A stretch of 64,000 nt of DNA from Eledone cirrhosa (taxonomy: Eukaryota), in assembly GCA_964016885.1 (NCBI GenBank), contig OZ024741.1:303738001-303802000 (forward strand), written 5' to 3'. Positions 52,791 through 64,000 of the stretch are shown here, in pieces. Made by a program: the position numbers and the translations under genes. Numbering within the stretch: position 1 is the stretch's first letter; the number at the start of each line of letters is the position of its first letter. Under the pieces are notes generated by a model. The model searched no databases. It worked only from the letters and a program-made list of their open reading frames with translations, and had not been told where the DNA came from.

Positions 52791-53426
52791 CACATGCGCG
52801 CGCGCGCGCGTGTGTGTGTGTGTTTGTGTGTGTGTATGTATTTGTGTGTGCGTATGTATATGTATGTGTCTGTCCGTCGGCGCATACGTATGTACTGGCC
52901 TAAATCTTCACTATTTACTTTTACTATTTTAAGGCAAAATTAAAATCCCGTCGAGGTTAACTTTGCCTTTCATCCTTACGGGGTCGATAAAATAAAGTAC
53001 CAGTAATGTACTGGGTCATTGCTGGCCTTGTGCCAAAAGTAGAAACAACTATTTTAATAACCTCTGTCATTTTAGTTTACAATTTTATTTGCATCATTCT
53101 TAAACTCCGAGGCTGGAAATCATTCGGTTATTTTAAATAGAATATTAGTCTAACGACTCCATTTATACCATAAACTTGGTCTTGTATTTGCATGAAATTG
53201 TTCTTCTCGGTCCACATAACGACATATTATCCTCGCTTTTTTTCCGTTCATTTCCAGGGAACTTCTTCACGAACCAAAATATCGTCTTCCTGTTTTCCTT
53301 CGGTTGCAACGTTTCTCGAACTATTTACTTCTGCGTTCACAGATTGAATTTTTTAGTTTCAGAATATCCCGTTAATGTTGAAAGCAGCGATACTTTGCTT
53401 AAACTTTAATCTGTTCTTATAACAAA

Positions 53427-54252
53427 GACTCTGGCTTTACTGTAACACCGGCTCAGAGCAGGAGAGTTAAGGCGAAAAAGGTATCAGATGCTGAATTTGC
53501 CGACGACATAGTTTTGGTGACAAATACAGTGAAGGAGGCAGAGGATTTGATGCGGGAAGTTGAGACTGTGTCGATGAGTGTGGGGCTGAGAATGAATGAG
53601 ACTAAAACAAAATATCTGGTAGAGAATGTTGAGAAGCCAGAGGGGATCACTAATGTAGGCGGGAAGCCGCTAGAATTGGTTGAGGGCTTCCTGTATTTGG
53701 GAGCAAAGATTTGGAATACGAAAGATGATGTGGTTGAGAGGAAGAGCAAAGCTTGGGCGGCGTGCCACAGCTTGAGATCGGTGTGGAAGTCGGACCTTCG
53801 TAAAGACCTGAAAATCCGCCTCTTCATTGCTGTAGTGGAGTCTGTGCTGCTGTACAGGTCTGAGACTTGGACACTGACCAATAAACTCACTCAGATGGTG
53901 GATGGGTGCTACACGAGAATGCTGAGGATGGCTCTGAACATTAAACAGTATACACTGAGGATGAAAAACTCTGAACTGTATGGGAGCCTCCCAAAAGTCA
54001 ACTCAAATGTGACACAGAGGAGACTGAGGTTAGCTGGACATGCTCACCGACATCTAGAGTTGACATTGCACTCAGTGCTCTTGTGGGAGCCCCTACATGG
54101 ACATACTGGAAGAGGAAGACCAATGTTAACGTACGTTGATGCCCTAAGGACAGACACTGGTCTGTTGGAGACGCAGGACATGGCAGCGATAATGAGGGAC
54201 AGAGATCGCTGGAGAGAACTCGTCCATGGATCTCAGGAATTTTACCCGCCCT

Positions 54253-54256
<4 letters not shown>
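53427..54256 (+). mobile_element. 5'-truncated RTE-clade LINE (RT C-terminus) with (TA)n tail
   Basis: EFADDIVL, GLRMNETKTK, FLYLG, ESVLLY.SETW, RRLRLAGH, GRGRP; 27-bp direct repeat at 53400-53426 and 55092-55118. Confidence 0.9.
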
Positions 54257-54337
<81 letters not shown>

Positions 54338-55037
54338 TATGAATTATAAGAATCAAAGAACTGTTCAAAACATTTTTATGCTTACAACTGTTTCCTCCAA
54401 ACATAGGTTTGGATTCTTCGGAGCAATTTATTATTGAATGAACACTTATATGACCTCCTTTTCACCCAAGAGACATACAGATACATATGCAAATATTGTG
54501 GGTCAACATTCATTACAGTATTTAGAGTGGGAGTACACACTTAGAGATTACATTCATATTAAAAGATACAGTGGTTCGTATATTTTCTGTTACCTTATTG
54601 CTATCACCCCTTCTCTCTCCTTCGCCTCTTGCTTTCCTCAATTCCTGTTACTGGTCACTCACCCTCAGCTGGTCCTTCCTCCCACTTTCACTCACTCCCT
54701 CTCTGCTCCCCCCCCCCTCTCACTTCCTCCCGTCTGACCTGCTTGAATTTCTTTCCTCTCTCAATCTTCTCCCGGCTCGGACGTGTCTATTTCTTCTCGT
54801 CAATTTGATATGTCGGGCTTATGCCCACGTGAGTCATTGACTTGTCTCTAATTTTCCTCTCTTTTCGTTGCATATCACCATATGTTTGTTTTCTTCCCTC
54901 CGTTTTCCCTCTGTCCCGATAACTTAATTGAGTTATCGCTCGCACTGATTTTAGGTATATAGTCTTTAATGCGCCGAAATACCAACGATAAATCAGAAGA
55001 CTACTGAAGAGGACATTTTAACCCTTGTCTATTTTTA

Positions 55038-55097
<60 letters not shown>

Positions 55098-55592
55098 TTA
55101 ATCTGTTCTTATAACAAATATATATATATTTATATAATATTATATATAATATTTCCTTTGTTAACACCACTTTGAATCTACCCGCCTTGTTGGAAATAAC
55201 ACGTGACAAATAAATGTACGTTAGCTTGCTTATAGCAGCAGGATTTAGCCCGTCCACTCCGATTTTTAGCATAACGGAATCCCTGTTGATGAAATGAATC
55301 CTCTGTTCGATCATGGAATACCACGAGCGTGCCTGTTACGTAAGTCGGATATTTGATTTCGATTTCACAGAAACACTTTAAATGTATATCGTTTAATTTG
55401 TCCTGTTAGTTTTTTCGTTACTTTGGTATTGTGTGTTAGGTTTTGCCTACCACAATGTTCAATTTGTCAAGCTATTTAAACGTATGTTATTACTCTAAGG
55501 ACCTACCCTTATTGAGTGCTTTGCTAACTGATTCATATTGTAGGTCGACTTTGCTTGCCCACAGCCAAAGCTTCGATTTTACTAAATTTCCA

Positions 55593-55689
<97 letters not shown>

Positions 55690-55927
55690 GTCTTTTTGTG
55701 TGTGTGTGTGTGTGTGCGGACATAAATATATATAACAGACGCAGTCACAGTACGTCTTGTGTGCAAGAGAGAAAGAGACGTTAGGTTGAGGAAAGGGGAG
55801 AGTTGAACAGTGTGTAAAGAATTGATAAATAAATAAAAGTTAAAATTCCTCACTCTCTTTCTTTCTTTCTCAAACCCTCTCCCTTTTTTCTCATACCCTC
55901 TCTTTCTCTCTTTCTCTCTCACTCATA

Positions 55928-55967
<40 letters not shown>

Positions 55968-56119
55968 TCTACAGAATGGAGAACAATAAAGAACGCACAG
56001 ATCTCTCACTCTCTCTCTCTCTTACTCATACCCCCTCTCTCTCTCTTACTCATACCCCTCTCTCTCTCTCTCTGTCTTTATATATATGTGTGTGTGTGTG
56101 AACCACCGTTCGTCGCCAT

Positions 56120-56160
<41 letters not shown>

Positions 56161-56810
56161 CTGATTATCTTGTACCTCTCTCTGTATAACGAGCTATCTC
56201 ACTCTCCCTCTCTCTACGTTTCCCTTTCTCTCTTTAGATGTATATGTGTGTGTGTGTGATATATATATAGAGAGATTTGCAATTGAGGGTAGTAGAGAGA
56301 GGGATTAAGCGTGTAAGAGAGAGGGTTACAGCATGTATTTAGTTTTATCGATTTTTTCATAGAAGCAGGAAATTTCTGGCAAAGTTTATTACACGTTGAC
56401 CATCGTTGGTAAATTTGGAGCACATTGGAAAAAGAATCATCAAAATCGGTAGAGAAATGTGGAAATGCATAAACATCATACACACACACAGACAGACATC
56501 TACCGTTTTATATATATATATAGATCACGATAAATTAACGGAGCCATAGACTCTCGTTATTCCCTGTAAATAATGTGCTCAAAGGAAAAGGAATCCTGAG
56601 CTCTTTAAAATACAATATGTTGAAAAGGTAACACACAAGAGAGAGAGAGTGTGCCATCAATAAAACGGGGAAAACCACCAGTGTATGGAATCTATAATCT
56701 ATGGAAGGCAGGGTAGACACACAATACTTAAAAATATAAATTAAAATGTATATACGCACCTCTATAACTATATAACACACGCGTACAAATCCAAAGAGAT
56801 CTGTTTCGCC

Positions 56811-56899
<89 letters not shown>

Positions 56900-56903
56900 G
56901 AGA

Positions 56904-56947
<44 letters not shown>

Positions 56948-56974
56948 TGAGAGAGAGAGAGAGTGAGAGAGAAG

Positions 56975-57046
<72 letters not shown>

Positions 57047-57156
57047 TAAAATCCCGACCGCGGCGTCAAACTTGCTCTATATCCACTCTGTATCTCCCTA
57101 TGCATAGAGTACTCGCATCATTAATGGTCTCCTCGGTGACAATACCGCAAACTTTC

Positions 57157-57204
<48 letters not shown>

Positions 57205-57223
57205 TCTCTCTTTCTATATATTT

Positions 57224-57327
<104 letters not shown>

Positions 57328-57555
57328 AGTGTGTGTTAAGTATGGTGTGGAAAGAAGAGTGCTCTATGTATTGTGAACGGACTGGACGTTTCTGTAAGAT
57401 TTATCTAGTTTCTTGAAACCTTTGGTAATGGAATAATTATATTATGTTGTTTATTATGTAAATAATATATATATATATATTATACGCACAAACATTCGCA
57501 TACAAAAATATATATATGTATATATATACTGTATATATATATGTATATATATATA

Positions 57556-57677
<122 letters not shown>

Positions 57678-57897
57678 CTGTATATATATATATATATATA
57701 TACTGTATATATATATATATACAAACTGAACAAAAGGAAAAAACGAACACAGACATATATATATATGTGTTCAAATCTTAATGGACCAAAGTCGCTAAGG
57801 TGAAAAAAAGACTAACTACAGACAATAGCGTTTGCTGGACTCAATTTAAGAATAAATTAAGAAAAATAAATACAAACCAGTATTGTGGTAACTACCA

Positions 57898-57980
57898 TCA
57901 CCCAGACGGTCTTTGATAGAACCGTTTCGCAATATTATTTGCGAAGAGATATACCAAATTCCAGGCTCATCAGTGGATGA
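57898..57980 (-). ncRNA. Type I hammerhead ribozyme motif with full stem III
   Basis: TCATCCA-CTGATGA-GC...GC-GAAAC-GGT-tctatcaaag-ACC-GTC-TGGGTGA. Confidence 0.75.
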
Positions 57981-58072
57981 AGAAATTAGTATACTCCTCA
58001 CTTCTAAATCAAATAGAAAACTGGAAAATGTGTGTATATATATATAACGCACATGGTTCCCGAATATATGTA

Positions 58073-58157
<85 letters not shown>

Positions 58158-58354
58158 TATATATATGTAGATAAATCTACCAAAATATACTGTATTGTCC
58201 AATCCGTATGAAGAACTCAATGTAATCCAAATATCATGAAAAGAGAAGATGTATTCAAAAGTTTTTTCGATGAAAATCACAGGAAAACAGAGTCAAGATA
58301 AATTAATAAAAACAATGAATAAAAACAAAGAAACAGTTCCTTATATTAAAAAAT

Positions 58355-58490
58355 TCATCATTTTACGATCGTTTCTAGGATATATGTGTGTGTGTTGGTA
58401 TGTATATCATATAGTTCTATGTAAACATTTTACAAACTATCAGAGGAAATATACATACTTACACATATATATGCTGTCTTCAGAAATAAT
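58355..58490 (-). ncRNA. Hammerhead ribozyme-like motif with ~100-nt stem II
   Basis: ATTATTT-CTGAAGA-[long AT-rich hairpin]-GAAAC-GATC-GTA-AAATGAT. Confidence 0.6.
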
Positions 58491-58628
58491 TGTTTCTACT
58501 TTAGGCACAAGGCCAGCAATTACCCAGTGCATTACTGGTACTTTATTTTATCGACCCCGTAAGGATGAAAGGCAAAGTCAACCTCGGCGGGATTTGAACT
58601 CCGCCGAGGTTGACTTTGCCTTTCATCC
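58491..58628 (-). mobile_element. SINE with inverted 5' segment and 17-bp TSD
   Basis: TSD ctgtcttcagaaataat at 58474 and 58628; internal hairpin aggatgaaaggcaaagtcaacctcggcgg/ccgccgaggttgactttgcctttcatcct. Confidence 0.8.
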
Positions 58629-61600
58629 TGTCTTCAGAAATAATGATATTTGTTTATTGAAAAGAACCAACAAAGATTTAATATAATAGCTCTGTTTGGG
58701 AGCAGGTTTTGAATTGACCAATAGAAAAGTAGTAAGTGGTCAAGTTGATAGAATAGTAGTAGTAGAAATTTAATTTAGGGGTAGTGGAATTCAGACTTAA
58801 GTTTTGAATAGAAAGAATACTTTGAATGAAAAGATTACTTTGAGGATGAAAAGAGGTCAAACCGGTGAAAGGTACACGAAAATCTGATGTTATTAAAGAA
58901 TAATGCTAATGTTAAAATCGAAGGAGAATAAAATTTTAGGGTAAATGTGTTAGTGAGAAATACCAATCTTATTTAAAACACAAGGAATTTAGATCTATAA
59001 CAAGAAATTAAATTAATTTAATTGATAGGTATACTTATAGGGATAAATTTATATTAATTCATATAGATGTGATAAATAAGAGTTAGATGTTATTAAAGAA
59101 TGTTGTTAAAAACGAATGAAAAAATTTGTTGGGGATAAATGTATTAGTGAGAAATAACAAACTTATATAGACTACAAGGAATTTAGATTCATAACAGGAA
59201 ATTAAAATAGTTTATATGTATACTTATAGGTATTAATTTTAGGAAAAGAGAGCTCTAAAAGGGAAATAAAATTATGAAGTTCTCAGTAGTAAAATACTAA
59301 TTATATGTTAACTAAATTAAAAAAACTAATTATAATAATTTGTAAAATATAAGTGAAGGTGTATATTAATTAGGTTTATAATATTTGAAAGTTCTTCTAA
59401 TTCTATGATTGCACGATATAATTAATTCTTGTCGCTTATTTAATAGGATATCCTTAGATTTCATTATTTCAAAAAGTTCCTGGGAACATAATCTACACTC
59501 ATATATGTTATTTTGATAAGGGGTGGCCCTTTTGAGCACACTCCAGGTCAGGTTATAATCGATATTCTTTTTTCTATAATTATTAATTATTTCAACCAAG
59601 GATGTTGTATTAGCTAATGCAGCATTTTTAAAACTATGTTTGTGGGTATTAAATCTTACTTTAAATTGGTTAGAAGTAGCACCTATATATGAATAAGTTG
59701 AGTCCTTAGTGCTAATTTTACATTTATATACTATGTTATTAATAAGACAATTTCCTTTTAATGGGCAATTTCCTTTGTTTCTACAGTTACAACCATTCGT
59801 GAATAATATATCAGAGGAGTTAGTCAAATTTGGTGTGGAATTTACTCGACTTGTTATATGTGAAGGAGATGGTGGTTTGTTGCGGTTTATTTTAGTATTA
59901 TGGTTAGTTTGATGTGTTGGTGGTATATTCATGGTTTTTTTTACATTTATATGCATTGTAGGCACTTATATTCTGTTGTATATTTTTGGTAGTGGAGTAG
60001 GAAAATTTGACCGTTGATCTATTTAAAACTTGATGGTATTTATGGTTTGGCGGGAAGATTTTCTCTAGGATGGTAAAAATCTTTTAGGGATATTATCTTT
60101 AATTTGTAGATTAAATGGAGGATTATACCAAGTAACTCGTCTATTACGGTTTCGATGTTGTTTTTTATATTTATACGATGTATCAGGATGTTTACTAAGA
60201 GAGTTAGTGTTAGTGAATTTATTATATATAGGTTTAGTTAGATTAACTGATTTAGGTGTTTTAGTCTGATTATTAGGAATTTTGTTAGTAATGTTATTAA
60301 CGTATATTGGAGTATTAGGATGAATGGTTTTTTGAAAGTTATTATATTTTATGTGAGAAGAGGTAGAGAAATTAAGTTTTAAGTTGGTATTTTGGGGTAT
60401 AGTGTGAGTGGAATTTAGGTGTGTGTTTTTCATTTGGTGTTTGTTGGTAATATTGGGTTGTATGTTTGAAGTATTATTGGTACAAGGTATATAAACTAAT
60501 TTGTTTTTGTGGCCGCTTCTAGCTAAAGCTTCGTTATAAAAGGTCGCATTTTTATCGAATACATCCTGGTTAGATGAAAGGTTAAAAATTCTGAGTGAGA
60601 TATTATATGCTAGGTTTTTAAGGATAGATCTAGGGTGATTGGATTGTGAGTGTATGTAATGTAAGTTTTGGTTAGGTTTATGGTAAGGTTGGTAGATACC
60701 CGTAGATAAGTCTAAAGTTAAATCAAGGAAATTAACTACTTTACTGGTGTTTTCAAATGTAATAATGAGACTATAATAGTCTTGGAGGAAAGTTCTAATA
60801 AGTTTTTTTATTTTTTTCAATTTCTGATAGGATAAGGTTAGTGGAAAGAAGAAGACAGTCGTCACGATATAAACCCTCTTTAAGGTGGGGAAAAGAAGCA
60901 TTTATTTTAAATAGAAGAAATAGGCCCACCAGATCGGTAATTTGGGCAGAATCACTAGAGCCCATAGCAATGTCGAATAGATTACTATATGTATTTCTGG
61001 TCCAGTATTCCTTCTGAAATTCCAGTAGTGTTTGTCTAGCGTGCGTGATAATATTAATGTCATCCATAGTTAAGTTTGATCTATTTTTGGTAAATATCAA
61101 GGCTTTGTTCAGGAGTATAGGTGATATAGAAGGATAATAAGCAGCTATATCGAATTGTAGAAATGAAGCAGATGATTTATTTCTAATATTGGTAAACCAG
61201 TTAATTACCTGGGATGTGTTTTCCCAGAGTGCAACTCTAATCCTTCTATAAGACTTATATGCCCTTCCAAATCTGACATTGGCATCATTAGTAAAAAGAT
61301 TTTAGACAGAGTCATTCCACATTTAAGAAAACATGTTAATTTACCACTCTGGGAAAACAACATCTCCATTTAATCTAGAAATTAAAGATAATAGCCCTAA
61401 AAAATGTTTAACTGTCCTAGAAAAAAAACCATGAATATACCACCAACACATCAAACTAACCATAATACTAAAATAAACCGCAACAAACCACCATCTCCTT
61501 CACATATAACAAGTCGAGTAAATTCCACACCAAATTTGACTAATTCCCTTGATATATTATTCACGAATGGTTGTAACTGTAGAAACAATGGAAATTGCCC

Positions 61601-62732
61601 ATTAAAAGGAAATTGTCTTATTAATAACATAGTATATAAATGTAAAATTAGCACTAAGGACTCAACTTATTCATATATAGTTGCTACTTCTAACCAATTT
61701 AAAGTAAGATTTAATACCCACAAACATAGTTTTAAAAATGCTGCATTAGCTAATACAACATCCTTGGTTGAAATAATTAATAATTATAGAAAAAAGAATA
61801 TCGATTATAACCTGACCTGGAGTGTGCTCAAAAGGGCCACCCCTTATCAAAATAACATATATGAGTGTAGATTATGTTCCCAGGAACTTTTTGAAATAAT
61901 GAAATCTAAGGATATCCTATTAAATAAGCGACAAGAATTAATTATATCGTGCAATCATAGAATTAGAAGAACTTTCAAATATTATAAACTTAATTAATGT
62001 ACACCTTACACTTATATTTTACAAATTATTATAATTAGTCTTTTTTATTTAGTTAACATATAATTAGTATTTTACTACTGAGAACTTCATAATTTTATTT
62101 CCCTTTTGCAGCTCTCTTTTCCTAAAATTAGTACCTATAAGTATACATATAAACTATTTTAATTTCCTGTTATGAATCTAAATTCCTTGTAGTCTATATA
62201 AGTTTGTTATTTCTCACTAATACATTTATCCCCAACAAATTTTTTCATTCGTTTTTAACAACATTCTTTAATAACATCTAACTCTTATTTATCACATCTA
62301 TATGAATTAATATAAATTTATCCCTATAAGTATACCTATCAATTAAATTAATTTAATTTCTTGTTATAGATCTAAATTCCTTGTGTTTTAAATAAGATTG
62401 GTATTTCTCACTAACACATTTACCCTAAAATTTTATTCTCCTTCGATTTTAACATTAGCATTATTCTTTAATAACATCAAATTTTCGTGTACCTTTCACC
62501 GGTTTGACCTCTTTTCAACCCCAAGGTAATCTTTTCATTCAAAGTATTCTTTCTATTCAAAACTTAAGTCTGCATTCCTCTACCCCTAAATTAAATTTCT
62601 ATTACTACTATTCTATCAACTTGACCACTTACTACTTTTCTATTGGTCAATTCAAAACCTGTTCCCAGACAGAGCTATTATATTAAATCTTTGTTGATTT
62701 TTTTTCAATAAACAAATATCATCATTTCTGAA

Positions 62733-62908
62733 GGCAGTATCAGTAGAGGGTCGGACGCCATGCTTTCCAGCATAGTTACGTCCCTTTACGATCTGAGTTC
62801 AAATCCCGCCGAGGTTGACTTTGCCTTTCATCCTTACGGGGTCGATAAAATAAAGTACCAGTAATGCACTGGGTAATTGCTGGCCTTGTGCCTAAAGTAG
62901 AAACAATT
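62733..62908 (+). mobile_element. SINE inserted at the hammerhead core of the right arm
   Basis: Family consensus; atttctgaag duplicated on both sides. Confidence 0.8.
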
Positions 62909-63042
62909 ATTTCTGAAGACAGCATATATATGTGTAAGTATGTATATTTCCTCTGATAGTTTGTAAAATGTTTACATAGAACTATATGATATACATACCA
63001 ACACACACGCATATATATCCTAGAAACGATCGTAAAATGATG
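62906..63042 (+). ncRNA. Hammerhead ribozyme-like motif (mirror of 58355-58490)
   Basis: ATTATTT-CTGAAGA...GAAACGATCGTA-AAATGAT. Confidence 0.6.
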
Positions 63043-63094
63043 AATTTTTTAATATAAGGAACTGTTTCTTTGTTTTTATTCATTGTTTTTATTA

Positions 63095-63131
<37 letters not shown>

Positions 63132-63217
63132 AAACTTGGACGGGAACAAAAACAGAGAAGCAGTACAAACGAAGGTTTATTAGGTTCACGCTCTTGAGAG
63201 TGGGAGTGGTGGGGAAC

Positions 63218-63246
63218 GACGTTTCGGGCATAAGCCCTTCTTCAGG
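63218..63246 (-). ncRNA. Minimal hammerhead core in a Penelope-3'-end-like module (63128-63480)
   Basis: CTGAAGA-a-GGGC-ttat-GCCC-GAAAC-GTC; stem I weak; the tail resembles the 6.5 kb and 7.8 kb modules. Confidence 0.6.
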
Positions 63247-64000
63247 AGAAAAGTGGGTGGGAAGAGCTTCCGAGGGTGGGGGGAGGGGGGAGAGACATTT
63301 AGAAAACGGTGGGGCGAGAAAAGGGAGGAAAAACGGTGGAAGGGGTACAAATAAAAATAAAAATAAACATAAAGATAAACAAGCGGTGGAAGGGTGTGGG
63401 GCGTGTAGGGGATATATATATATACTCAATGGGAACGTAAGAAAGCCGAATTCCAATATCCCCCTTTAATGTTGTATAATTACGTAATACCTATTTCTGT
63501 GGTCGACTTACATCATCAGACTATTACATAAGACAAACGGCAACGACATCAAATGTTATGAACATAAACGATTTAGTTAAGTAAGCTTTAATGTGTTACA
63601 GCAAACTTTATACTAAGTGGAGTTTCATAGTGATATCGGTTTTTCGGTCTATTTCCTCGCATTTCATGTGTTATTGACACACCTTTTTAGTAAGTATACT
63701 CTATAGAATGGTTACCCAACCTGGGCGATACGCCCATCGGTGGGGGGAGATTGGAAATGTTGAGTATTAAGAAAGAATTTTAACATATACTACCCGAAAT
63801 AAATATTTAAGGGATATATGCAAAGAACTTGTATTAAAAAAAAACAAGAGGCTAAATGGGAATAACTGGACCTCGTTCTTAGATGATACAAATATCCCCG
63901 CAAATAATGAACATTTTAGTGTTTTCTGTAGATTTGAGAAGGGTCATTAACATTCAAATAGTTCTTAGGTCGAAATAATATTTTTTACGGATATATATCA

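Larger units (their letters stand above)
58170..61232 (-). mobile_element. Penelope-like element (RT + GIY-YIG; possibly Naiad-like), frameshifted, left arm of inverted pair
   Basis: QFDIAAYYPSI, AMGSSDSAQITDLVGL, GLYRDD, VNFLDLTL, SNHP, WYNPPF, CNCR..CPL.GNC, IVYKC...YIGAT, LLNKR.EL. Confidence 0.9.
61233..63100 (+). mobile_element. Penelope-like element, internally deleted right arm of inverted pair
   Basis: SIRLICPSKSDIGIISKKILD RT piece, then GIY-YIG ORF 61404-61997 and a 3' region mirroring 58298-59942. Confidence 0.9.

Noticed and set aside
55039-55314. ORF MIEQRIHF...LKIGVDG as gene or transposase
   Set aside because: Short, runs into (TA)n, and no domain could be supported
59366-61997. 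Selenoprotein-type (UGA/SECIS) Naiad element
   Set aside because: The GIY-YIG ORFs use ordinary Cys codons with no in-frame UGA, and no SECIS was recognised

Overview
Repeat-saturated, AT-rich eukaryotic (animal) DNA. The SINE families and microsatellite load suggest an octopus-type cephalopod genome, which is an inference. No host gene can be firmly called. Most ORFs in the track are microsatellite artefacts. Recognisable elements are a near full-length Tx1/L1-clade LINE in a (GACT/GACA)n array, a 5'-truncated R4/Dong-type restriction-endonuclease retrotransposon in (TATG)n, CRE-, CR1/L2- and RTE-type fragments, mariner/hAT/Helentron-type MITEs, many SINEs, and an 8.5 kb satellite (25-mer with a 1548-bp higher-order repeat, grading into a related 22-mer). 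The unusual signal is about 20 intact or decayed type I hammerhead-ribozyme motifs on both strands, found by eye. They lie in Penelope-like 3' ends and in short non-coding (TA)n-embedded modules. Alongside them are fold-back palindromes at two scales: two multi-kb inverted Penelope-like copies, and 100-270 bp hairpin elements whose symmetry axis falls where stem II of a hammerhead would be. Ribozyme activity was not computed or tested.
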